NCBI RefSeq assembly: GCF_001194135.2
Contig: NC_068986.1
Location: 20,621,287-20,663,048 of the forward strand
DNA length: 41,762 bases
DNA from: Octopus bimaculoides
Lineage: Eukaryota
Direction of reading: 5' to 3'
This document shows, piece after piece, positions 1 through 9,834 of the stretch. A program made the translations under genes and the position numbers. The first letter of the stretch is position 1. The number at the start of each line of letters is the position of its first letter. The notes beneath the pieces were generated by a model that was not told where the DNA came from, ran no database searches, and saw only the letters and a program-made list of their open reading frames with translations.

Positions 1-135
1 TTCAGTTTCCGTCTGCCAAATCCACTCACAAGGCTTTGGTCGGCCCGAGACAATAGTAGAAGACAGCTGCCTAAGGTATCACACAGTAGGACTGAACCTA
101 GAACCATGTGGTTGGTAAGCAAGCTTTTTACCATA
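1..135 (-). mobile_element. tRNA-derived SINE, family B (5' half, CORE-like CCTTGGGCAAG-type box)
   Basis: Closely similar to 21113-21214 and 26264-26427. The minus strand has A-box-like and B-box-like motifs. Assignment to the published octopus OR/OK SINE names is not possible here. Confidence 0.75.
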
Positions 136-328
136 CATCAACCGTAACAATTTTTCAAGCCGACCATACATGAAACCAATGGTAGCCTTATTACACAAAT
201 AAAGAAACTTTATCCACCAATGCGGTATTGAGCACTTCTCTTATTGTTCGACATTTACGTACGTGTGTATATCTGTTTGTACGTATGTATATATATATTG
301 TGTGTATGTGTTTGTGTGGTCTGGTAGC

Positions 329-576
329 TTATAAGGCTGTCGCAAAGCGTCTCCTCCGCCTCGATGCCCTTCTCCTCAAACGCCTGATATGTCTCCTTCT
401 CCTCTGGCGACGCTGCTTGTCCCTCTTACGCCGTCTGTTTGTGCGATGCTGTGTCTTCTTGCAACTACATGACTCACAACAGTACGATGCTATGGCGTCT
501 CTGTGACAAGCATGTGGATTCAGCCGGATTATTTTCTGGCAGTATTTCTTGTTTTTGTCAGGACCGCTACAAGTTT
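329..576 (-). CDS. Terminal exon: PLAC-like module TCSGPDKNKKYC...AC...CCESC plus Arg-rich tail, stop TAA
   Basis: Acceptor TTTTTCTTGCAG at 577, phase 1 matching the previous exon, 248 bp to TAA at 329-331. C-x3-D-x5-C...C...CCxxC spacing is typical of PLAC domains. Confidence 0.88.
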
Positions 577-658
577 CTGCAAGAAAAACGCAATATAAGT
601 CATGAAACTCGGAGTAATAACAGAATGAAGCATCAACTATGTATATATATATATATAT

Positions 659-1644
659 NNNNNNNNNNNNNNNNNNNNNNNNNNNNNNNNNNNNNNNNNN
701 NNNNNNNNNNNNNNNNNNNNNNNNNNNNNNNNNNNNNNNNNNNNNNNNNNNNNNNNNNNNNNNNNNNNNNNNNNNNNNNNNNNNNNNNNNNNNNNNNNNN
801 NNNNNNNNNNNNNNNNNNNNNNNNNNNNNNNNNNNNNNNNNNNNNNNNNNNNNNNNNNNNNNNNNNNNNNNNNNNNNNNNNNNNNNNNNNNNNNNNNNNN
901 NNNNNNNNNNNNNNNNNNNNNNNNNNNNNNNNNNNNNNNNNNNNNNNNNNNNNNNNNNNNNNNNNNNNNNNNNNNNNNNNNNNNNNNNNNNNNNNNNNNN
1001 NNNNNNNNNNNNNNNNNNNNNNNNNNNNNNNNNNNNNNNNNNNNNNNNNNNNNNNNNNNNNNNNNNNNNNNNNNNNNNNNNNNNNNNNNNNNNNNNNNNN
1101 NNNNNNNNNNNNNNNNNNNNNNNNNNNNNNNNNNNNNNNNNNNNNNNNNNNNNNNNNNNNNNNNNNNNNNNNNNNNNNNNNNNNNNNNNNNNNNNNNNNN
1201 NNNNNNNNNNNNNNNNNNNNNNNNNNNNNNNNNNNNNNNNNNNNNNNNNNNNNNNNNNNNNNNNNNNNNNNNNNNNNNNNNNNNNNNNNNNNNNNNNNNN
1301 NNNNNNNNNNNNNNNNNNNNNNNNNNNNNNNNNNNNNNNNNNNNNNNNNNNNNNNNNNNNNNNNNNNNNNNNNNNNNNNNNNNNNNNNNNNNNNNNNNNN
1401 NNNNNNNNNNNNNNNNNNNNNNNNNNNNNNNNNNNNNNNNNNNNNNNNNNNNNNNNNNNNNNNNNNNNNNNNNNNNNNNNNNNNNNNNNNNNNNNNNNNN
1501 NNNNNNNNNNNNNNNNNNNNNNNNNNNNNNNNNNNNNNNNNNNNNNNNNNNNNNNNNNNNNNNNNNNNNNNNNNNNNNNNNNNNNNNNNNNNNNNNNNNN
1601 NNNNNNNNNNNNNNNNNNNNNNNNNNNNNNNNNNNNNNNNNNNN
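659..1644. other. Assembly gap (986 N) in the last intron
   Basis: Run of N flanked by (TA)n. It could hide a phase 1-1 exon. Confidence 0.99.
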
Positions 1645-1676
1645 ATGGCTACCGAATAAGTGTCAGATATTTTTAC

Positions 1677-1716
<40 letters not shown>

Positions 1717-1804
1717 TACCAGCCTTGAGGTGTGTTACACGTAAATCCTCATACACGGAAAGCGTAGGTAAATAACAGAATGATATCAGAAAGAGAATAC
1801 TCAC

Positions 1805-1871
1805 TGTGTGATGAACAAACAGATTTTGTAGATTTGTAGAATTCAGCGACGCACATTCCTCTCCAACACAT
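1805..1871 (-). CDS. Exon: MCWRGMCVAEFYKSTKSVCSSH (end of Cys-rich domain)
   Basis: CAG acceptor, A|GTGAGT donor, 67 bp, phase 0-1. CxxGxCV completes the domain. Confidence 0.9.
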
Positions 1872-1986
1872 CTGAAATATCAACAATTGACAAACGTAAA
1901 TGTGAAGCTTTCGCTAACATAATATCGTCAATATTTTATGTTTCCTATTGCAAATAACACCTGTTTGTGTGTGTGTGTCTTTCTGC

Positions 1987-2049
<63 letters not shown>
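1987..2049. repeat. (TCTA)n microsatellite
   Basis: Direct reading. Confidence 0.95.
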
Positions 2050-2244
2050 CATGTCTCCCTCTCACTCCCTTACCTCCACTTCTCTCCTTCTATCTCTGAT
2101 TCCGCTATTGCAATAATCTCTTCTTCTGAAATATATCCTTTCAACCACACACACACACACACAAACACGCGCGTGCGCACACACACCAGTGGCGGATGTA
2201 GGGGTGTTGCGCTAGTTGCCCGGGCAACACCCTTTCTAGCCGAG

Positions 2245-2418
2245 CAAGCCGGGCGAAATACTTAGCAGTATTTCGCACGTCGCTACGTTCTGGGTTAAAA
2301 TTCCACCGATGTCGACTTTGCCTTTCATCCTTTCGGGGTCGATAAATTAAGTAACAGTTGCATAATCGACTGGCCCCCTCCCCCAAAATTTCGTGCCTTG
2401 TGCCTAGAGTAGAAAAGA
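2245..2418 (+). mobile_element. SINE family A (tail type B)
   Basis: Core GTCGACTTTGCCTTTCATCCTTTCGGGGTCGATAAATTAAGTA, shared by more than 12 copies in the window; ends GCCTTGTGCCTAGAGTAGAAAAG. Confidence 0.85.
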
Positions 2419-2419
2419 G

Positions 2420-2558
2420 TTTCCGCCTACCAAATACAACCACAAGGCATTGTTCAGCCCGAAGCAATAACAGAAGATGCTGGTCCAAGGTGCCGAGCAA
2501 TGGGATTGAACTGAAAACCACATTGCTGCAAAGCAAACTTCTTAACCACACAGCCATA
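2420..2558 (-). mobile_element. Diverged SINE family B copy
   Basis: Collinear similarity to 1-135. Confidence 0.65.
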
Positions 2559-2629
2559 ATTCTACTCTTATACATATTATTTAACACCAAGATCTTTGTT
2601 AGATAATTTCGGAAAATTTGATGTCTAAC

Positions 2630-2752
2630 CTTTCCGTCTCCACACCGGGTTCCTGCGATTCCTCGGAGTCCTCCAATTGTTTTACAAGTGCTTGCTTCTT
2701 TGGAATCCTGACACCATAGTGTCGAGCACATGCTGTCCAAGAGGGATTTTTG
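2630..2752 (-). CDS. Exon: ADAMTS-type disintegrin-like/Cys-rich domain (MCSTLWC...TCKT...GTRCGDGK)
   Basis: Long pyrimidine tract plus TAG acceptor, AAG|GTTAGA donor, 123 bp, phase 0-0. CxxLWC...C...GTxCGxGK pattern. Confidence 0.93.
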
Positions 2753-2865
2753 CTAGAAAGAGAAAAAAAGGAAAATAATGAAAATGTAATCAAGTATTCC
2801 GTTGGCGTGAGTGTGTGAATGCCAGTGCGTATGTTTATATACACACATGCATACATACACACACG

Positions 2866-2940
<75 letters not shown>

Positions 2941-3743
2941 NNNNNNNNNNNNNNNNNNNNNNNNNNNNNNNNNNNNNNNNNNNNNNNNNNNNNNNNNNNN
3001 NNNNNNNNNNNNNNNNNNNNNNNNNNNNNNNNNNNNNNNNNNNNNNNNNNNNNNNNNNNNNNNNNNNNNNNNNNNNNNNNNNNNNNNNNNNNNNNNNNNN
3101 NNNNNNNNNNNNNNNNNNNNNNNNNNNNNNNNNNNNNNNNNNNNNNNNNNNNNNNNNNNNNNNNNNNNNNNNNNNNNNNNNNNNNNNNNNNNNNNNNNNN
3201 NNNNNNNNNNNNNNNNNNNNNNNNNNNNNNNNNNNNNNNNNNNNNNNNNNNNNNNNNNNNNNNNNNNNNNNNNNNNNNNNNNNNNNNNNNNNNNNNNNNN
3301 NNNNNNNNNNNNNNNNNNNNNNNNNNNNNNNNNNNNNNNNNNNNNNNNNNNNNNNNNNNNNNNNNNNNNNNNNNNNNNNNNNNNNNNNNNNNNNNNNNNN
3401 NNNNNNNNNNNNNNNNNNNNNNNNNNNNNNNNNNNNNNNNNNNNNNNNNNNNNNNNNNNNNNNNNNNNNNNNNNNNNNNNNNNNNNNNNNNNNNNNNNNN
3501 NNNNNNNNNNNNNNNNNNNNNNNNNNNNNNNNNNNNNNNNNNNNNNNNNNNNNNNNNNNNNNNNNNNNNNNNNNNNNNNNNNNNNNNNNNNNNNNNNNNN
3601 NNNNNNNNNNNNNNNNNNNNNNNNNNNNNNNNNNNNNNNNNNNNNNNNNNNNNNNNNNNNNNNNNNNNNNNNNNNNNNNNNNNNNNNNNNNNNNNNNNNN
3701 NNNNNNNNNNNNNNNNNNNNNNNNNNNNNNNNNNNNNNNNNNN
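2941..3743. other. Assembly gap (803 N) expected to contain a phase 2-0 exon
   Basis: Run of N next to (CA)n. The flanking exons are phase-incompatible without an extra exon. Confidence 0.95.
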
Positions 3744-4018
3744 TGATAAAATAGGTATTTTGCGTGGGTCGTTGTGAGAATAATAAACACATACACACCG
3801 GTTCTATTTCACTTCTTTATTTGTCAGTTGGTTAACTATTTAACCGATTAGCTAATCGATTGTTAAATTGACATAACTTTTACAAACATATATGGCGTAT
3901 GTGTTCCCCGCCCCCTAGCTGGACGGGACACCAGTCTATCGCAGCGTTACTCAAGAAACAGGAAGAAAGTGTGAGAGAAAGTTGGGGCGAAATAGTACAA
4001 CATGAACCGAGTGTGTGT

Positions 4019-4062
<44 letters not shown>

Positions 4063-4097
4063 AAAATAACAATGTCAGGTGAACACTTTTGACTTAC

Positions 4098-4253
4098 CTG
4101 AGTACATTGGTAATCTGTTTGATGGAACACTCAGACAGGTACATGTAGTTCAGTTTTCCATTGTTGCTGCCATATTCTGTCGGTGACATGATGTAGTTTT
4201 GCTCTGGGGGGCAAGCAGTGTTATTCACTGCACCGTCATGGAAAGCGCCGAGG
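4098..4253 (-). CDS. Exon: LGAFHD...C...YIMSP (Met-turn)...SECS
   Basis: Acceptor TTTTCTTGCAG, donor AG|GTAAGT, 156 bp, phase 2-2. Completes the intact zinc motif HELGHSLGAFHD with the catalytic Glu retained. Confidence 0.95.
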
Positions 4254-4430
4254 CTGCAAGAAAATGTAAACCGTGTTGATGTGAAGCGAGGCTGGTGAAT
4301 GAGGATGTTTGTACTAATGGTTCTTTGAAGGTTCGTTTAATGGTATTAGTAGTGTGGTTGTATCGGTTAAACGAAGTGGTATCAAAAAATTTCCGGACTA
4401 GTTTTGTTTAATAAAAAATAAACTTAATAC

Positions 4431-4728
4431 AGTTCTATATTTAAGAGATGAGGAATTATTTACATTCGACGGATATTTGTCCTCATCTTGTTTGTTGTTA
4501 ACACAGCGTTTCGGCTGATATACCCTCCAGCCTTCTTCAGGTGTCTTGGGGAAAATTCAAACCTGGGTTCTCATTCCTGAGGTATTTTTCGATATTATTG
4601 TTATTATTATTATCATCATCATCATCATTATTATTATTATTATTATTATTGTTCAGGTTATTGCTTGGAATCGAACTCGGAATCTTGGGGTTAGTAGCCC
4701 GCGCTCTTAACCACTACGCCATATGCCC
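4431..4728 (-). mobile_element. tRNA-headed SINE with internal (AAT)n and a hammerhead-bearing 3' part
   Basis: Minus strand: A-box TGGCGTAGTGG, B-box GAGTTCGATTCC, then AAT/ATG repeats, then the hammerhead-like motif. Confidence 0.75.
4500..4545 (-). ncRNA. Minimal type I hammerhead ribozyme motif, probably inactive (U16.1 to C)
   Basis: GACAC-CUGAAGA-A-GGCUG(10 nt)CAGCC-GAA-ACGC-U-GUGUU. Stem I 5 bp, stem II 5 bp, core CUGANGA and GAAA. The stem III palindrome would be ACGU but reads ACGC. Confidence 0.65.
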
Positions 4729-5037
4729 TTTACTTGGGTAAATTTACTACGCCATTTACTTGGGTAAATAACTTTTTTACCTAAGTTTTAACATCACCTT
4801 CTTCGAAATAGTCTCCTTGCGCAGTAATATACCGGTCGCAGCGTGTAGTATAATCGATAATGATTATATTATGTATAATCGATAATGATTATATTATGGA
4901 AATAGTGGTGATAGTGGTGGCTATGTTGTGTAGCTGGGTTGTTGTTTAGCTCTTAGCCAATCATGTTACTACACACACAGATGGCGCACACACGCACTCA
5001 CACATGAACACACATACGCACGCATGCACACAGAATC

Positions 5038-5235
5038 GTTAGCATGCTGTATAAAATGCTCAGCGGTATTTCGTTCGTTTTTACGCTTTGTGTTCAAATT
5101 CCACGAAGGTCGACTTTACATTCGGGGGGTGGGGTCGATAAAATAAGTAGCAGTGAAACACTGGAATCCATGTAATCGACTTATCCCCCCTCCACTCACC
5201 GAAATTGCTGGCCTCGTACCAAAACTTGAAACCGA
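5038..5235 (+). mobile_element. Diverged SINE family A copy
   Basis: Similar to the other family A copies. Confidence 0.7.
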
Positions 5236-5322
5236 TACTTTAAAACGCTATTTAAAATACAAAGGAAAAATACATACACACACAGAAAAAAGGAAAAAGA
5301 AAAAAGAAAGAAGCTAGCTTAC

Positions 5323-5469
5323 CTATGTCCTAATTCATGAGCTGCCACACCTGCACTCTGATACTTCCCCATATCATGCATTAGTGATGCAGACCTAGAT
5401 TTATGGCAAATCTCTCCAACATAGGCAATGCCTTGGATAGTTTTACTTCGCTCGTTCACCAAAGGATGG
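5323..5469 (-). CDS. Exon: catalytic domain ...GIAYVGEIC...AAHELGH(S)
   Basis: Acceptor TTTTTCTTCCCAATGCAG, donor AG|GTAAGC, 147 bp, phase 2-2. Contains the GxAYVGxxC motif and the first half of HExxHxxGxxHD. Confidence 0.95.
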
Positions 5470-5589
5470 CTGCATTGGGAAGAAAAATAAAATTGACAAA
5501 TATAGTTGGACGTCTTCTGTTATGTCAAAGGATACAAGCAATCGGATCAAATATTCCCTTAGTTTTAGGCCTTGTGCTTATATTAGAAA

Positions 5590-5632
<43 letters not shown>

Positions 5633-6137
5633 GAGTGAGAGAGTAGTGCATGCCATCAAAGTGACATTGGGATAAAATATACGAAACCCATTATACCCAT
5701 CATGACTACCCGTCTGATAAGGGTACACTAGGCACATGCATCAGAACCATATGTGCGCGACATGGTGATCTCAGATTAAGATAAACAGCGCATGACCTTG
5801 CAGGTGGGGCCCAGTTAGAATTTTCTTCAGCTCGAGGAGCTCATCCCACCCAAAAGGTCCCTGAATAAGGTTTGTTTAAGGATGTTGAGCAAAACACCCA
5901 TGTTTCCAAAGGTAAATTATTCAGACCCCAAAGAATTCCTCTCAACACATGGCTATGATGCTCTCCCACTACTTCTGCTCATGACCAGAGATGCACATAT
6001 CATCAGCCACCAAAAGTCATGCTCAACTGGTTAAGGTCAAACAACTGACAAACAAATCTGTGGTATTAAGCAGAATATTTGCTGTAGCCCATCTTTTATA
6101 CAGAGACAAAACAATGTACATGATAACACTTCCATAT
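5633..6137. repeat. Unclassified interspersed repeat bounded by (ATT)n tracts
   Basis: Complex non-coding block with ATT runs on both sides. It resembles an abundant octopus repeat from memory; single copy here, so unverified. Confidence 0.45.
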
Positions 6138-6151
6138 CATTATTATTATTA

Positions 6152-6432
6152 AAAGCAATGCCAATCCTGATTCTTGAAGGCGAAGAACTCCTTCACTGTA
6201 GCTTCGACCTCTTCTTGGTTGAGGAAGCGAAGTGAAAGAGTTCTTGGCCTCGAATGACAAGAACTGGTATGGGAATAGGATCAAAGAATTAGCGGAAAAA
6301 TAGATTCAGGCAGTGAAACATGATGGCCTCTACTTTGGATGCTCGCCTGCTTTTGCTGTTTGTTATTTGTAGCTTGACGAATGAAGCAAATACGTCACTA
6401 AAACATTGCAAAACTTTTGACTCAGCACAATA
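6152..6432 (+). mobile_element. Mariner transposase C-terminal remnant with fold-back and right TIR
   Basis: Plus frame VKEFLASNDKNWYGNRIKELAEK*IQAVKHDGLYF; minus frame RFLNQEEVEATVKEFFAFKNQDW; ends AAAACTTTTGACTCAGCACAATA, mariner-like TIR plus TA. Confidence 0.65.
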
Positions 6433-6622
6433 ATGTGTTTCTGTATCTCTCGATATACAAAGTAAGGAAGACTATTGGAATGGGTTGGGCAATAACATCG
6501 AGGGGCACTCTTCCGAGCCTACGTACCAGCTAAAAGAAGTGAGAACATCTCTCCCCAAACAATCAAACGAACAAATTATAATTAAGAAAGCTAAACGAAG
6601 AAAATTAAAACAATCAACTAAC

Positions 6623-6771
6623 CCCGTAAACACCATCACGTGATCATATTTCTTTCGCAACACTTTTTGATCCTCTAACCATTTGCTAATAGACTCGAGT
6701 GCGTGTGTACCAACAACGTTGTTGGTTAGAAAGTTGCGATGTGTCTCGACCCAGCTTGCTTCCATAATGCT
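6623..6771 (-). CDS. Exon: catalytic domain SIMEASW...YDHVMVFTG
   Basis: Acceptor TCTTATTCTCTATTTCCAG, donor GG|GTTAGT, 149 bp, phase 0-2. DHVMVFT corresponds to the M12B D-x-A-x-L-x-T strand. Confidence 0.92.
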
Positions 6772-6887
6772 CTGGAAATAGAGAATAAGACAAACGGAAG
6801 AATGATAATGTTGGAAATGATAATTTCGTTTTTCTCAACGAAAACATTAATAATAACAAGCACTAGTAAGATCGAAATGATATTTAC

Positions 6888-6965
6888 CTGAGCTACCCAT
6901 AAATCTGATAATGATATTTTTATTGATAGTCGGGGTTCATTTATTTCTTTATATCTTTCATTGAC
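6888..6965 (-). CDS. Exon: catalytic domain VNERYKEINEPRLSIKISLSDLWVAQ
   Basis: CAG acceptor, CAG|GTAAAT donor, 78 bp, phase 0-0. Matches the VNxxY...IxI segment of M12B proteases. Confidence 0.9.
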
Positions 6966-7083
6966 CTGTTTGGTTTTGGTAGTTAAAAGAAAAGAGAAAC
7001 ACAAGTTAGTAATAATTAAACATTACATTATTATATTCTAAGTGTATGTCCATACGTTCCATCATTTCAAAAATGCGAATATT

Positions 7084-7287
7084 CTTTTCTACTCTAGGCA
7101 TAAGGCCCGAAAGTTTTAGGAAGTGGGTGGCCAGTCGATTAGATCAATCGCAGTACGTAACTGGTACTTAATTTATCGATCCCGAAAGGATGAAAGGCAA
7201 AGTCAACTTCGGCGGAATTTGAACTCAGAACGTAACGACAGCTAAGCATTTCACCCGGCGTGCTAACGTTTCTGTCAGCTCGCCGCC
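7084..7287 (-). mobile_element. Full-length SINE family A (tail B) with 18-bp TSD
   Basis: TTCAAAAATGCGAATATT at 7066-7083 and 7288-7305. Confidence 0.92.
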
Positions 7288-8606
7288 TTCAAAAATGCGA
7301 ATATTAGATTAAATTTGGATTTGGACAGTGGATTAAAACAACTTTCTATTATATGCCGGGTATTATTTTTTAAGGACCCTCTACCCAAGAATAAAGGGAA
7401 GCATAATTAATCGCGGTGAGAATCAAAGAGACGTTACTCAATACAACAAAACCAAACTAAGTGAGCGGCGGATAAAATAGCTTGCGCTATTAGCTTATAT
7501 CTTTTTTTTTAATATCTGAGTTCAAATCTTACTCTTGTCGTCTGTATTTTTTTTTATCCTCCAAGTGTCTACTTTGATTAGTTACGTTCAAGGGTTCGAT
7601 TCAATGTGCTAAACACCTCCCACTACAAATGCATTGTTTCAAGCCAACTTGTGATATTTTCATAAGCATTTCTGAAGAATCTCCGAACACTGAGAACGTT
7701 CATGAACATACTCTAAATATTTGGCAATAGTATCCTTTAATTGAATGTGAAAGGTATCAACAGTCTCAAGCAAAGATGTGAAAGTAAATACGCTTATCTA
7801 ATCTTATCTTAAATATGTTTTATCATGTGTTAGAAGTAAATAAGCATTCTATTTTGTTGACTTGTGTGTGCGCATGTGCATCTATCTACGTATGCGCATG
7901 TGTATCTATCTATGTATGTATCTATGCATGTATATATATATATATATATATATATNNNNNNNNNNNNNNNNNNNNNNNNNNNNNNNNNNNNNNNNNNNNN
8001 NNNNNNNNNNNNNNNNNNNNNNNNNNNNNNNNNNNNNNNNNNNNNNNNNNNNNNNNNNNNNNNNNNNNNNNNNNNNNNNNNNNNNNNNNNNNNNNNNNNN
8101 NNNNNNNNNNNNNNNNNNNNNNNNNNNNNNNNNNNNNNNNNNNNNNNNNNNNNNNNNNNNNNNNNNNNNNNNNNNNNNNNNNNNNNNNNNNNNNNNNNNN
8201 NNNNNNNNNNNNNNNNNNNNNNNNNNNNNNNNNNNNNNNNNNNNNNNNNNNNNNNNNNNNNNNNNNNNNNNNNNNNNNNNNNNNNNNNNNNNNNNNNNNN
8301 NNNNNNNNNNNNNNNNNNNNNNNNNNNNNNNNNNNNNNNNNNNNNNNNNNNNNNNNNNNNNNNNNNNNNNNNNNNNNNNNNNNNNNNNNNNNNNNNNNNN
8401 NNNNNNNNNNNNNNNNNNNNNNNNNNNNNNNNNNNNNNNNNNNNNNNNNNNNNNNNNNNNNNNNNNNNNNNNNNNNNNNNNNNNNNNNNNNNNNNNNNNN
8501 NNNNNNNNNNNNNNNNNNNNNNNNNNNNNNNNNNNNNNNNNNNNNNNNNNNNNNNNNNNNNNNNNNNNNNNNNNNNNNNNNNNNNNNNNNNNNNNNNNNN
8601 NNNNNA

Positions 8607-8966
8607 AATGGTAAATGGTTTACGGCACAAAAAAAATGACTTTAAACTTGCTAAAATAATATTCAGGATGCCTTTATCTCTACTAAGTATAGATGAAGAT
8701 GTGTTACCTAAAATTAATTTGGAGGATCTGATCAAAGACTTTGCAATTCAAGAAAGTAGGAGGAAACTTTTCAAATATAAATAAAGTGAAAATATACAAA
8801 AATAAACATTTTTTTCCCTCTCACTTTTTTTATTTCGTTTCGTTTTGAAAAATAAAAAATTATTTTATGGTTTGTTACTGTTTATATTTTGAATTACATA
8901 ATCTTTTATGGGGGCACCAAAATCTTTTAGGTGTTTAGGACTTCGATGGGACTTAATCCGGCCCTG
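8607..8966 (+). mobile_element. hAT transposon 3' remnant
   Basis: LLSIDEDVLPKINLEDLIKDFAIQESRRKLF resembles the hAT dimerization-domain C-terminus; ends TAATCCGGCCCTG (CAGGGCCGG-type TIR); left part lost in a gap. Confidence 0.7.
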
Positions 8967-9033
8967 CACACACATATACATGACGTGTGTATATATATAT
9001 ATATCAACAAAAACAGACACACGCAATACTTAC

Positions 9034-9480
9034 CATTGCAATAAGTGCTGCGAAGTATTTCTCCAGCGCTGTCCTTGCTACCGCCACATCGTAATTGTTC
9101 TTTTCTAAGAAAATATTATACAGTTTGTAGTCAACGATAATACAGACTTCAACTTTGGCCATTAAAAACGCCCGACGCTTTTCAGACCTTGTCGATCTTC
9201 GTTGGCGCCCAGCCCTTTTAGTGATATTGTTACGGTGACTGCTGTTCAAGACGCCGTTTTTGTTGCCGATGTTACTTTCATCGCCATTGTCGCCATAGTC
9301 TTCATCCTCTTTATCGTTACCGTCGCCGCCGCCGCCACCACCAGCACCATCATCATCATCGTTATCTTCGTCATCATCATCTTCAAAGAAGTCATTTCGG
9401 TGTAAGGACGGTGGTTGAGTGGAAACGTAGTCATTTTTAACGGCGTTCTTCTTAATTATGGTAACAATATTCTCAACATC
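9034..9480 (-). CDS. Exon: end of pro-domain with acidic/Gly tract, furin site RQRR, start of catalytic domain (KVEVCIIVDYKLY...AALIAM)
   Basis: Acceptor with pyrimidine tract ending CATTGCTAG at 9481, donor ATG|GTAAGT at 9033; 447 bp, phase 0-0, open frame. The E-x-x-x-x-V-D-Y strand marks the N-terminus of reprolysin catalytic domains. Confidence 0.9.
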
Positions 9481-9788
9481 CTAGCAATGAATATAAGAAA
9501 AAAGGAAATGTTAAATATCCGCAAAAAAACAAAACAAAAAAAACAACAAAACAACAAAAGAGAAAGCATCTGGCATGGGTTTTTAAAAGCAAGATATTAG
9601 AATATGAAAATCAACATATAAGGAGGAAGAATTCGAGAAAGTACAGAAGATGAAATATAAAACAAAGAAAAGAGAATGATGGGCGTACGCACAAGCTTTT
9701 ATATTGCAACACATGTCTCCGCATACATACAAAATACATTCTGTCAGATATGCAGAAATATGTTAGCCAAGATCAAAGTGTATACATG

Positions 9789-9834
<46 letters not shown>

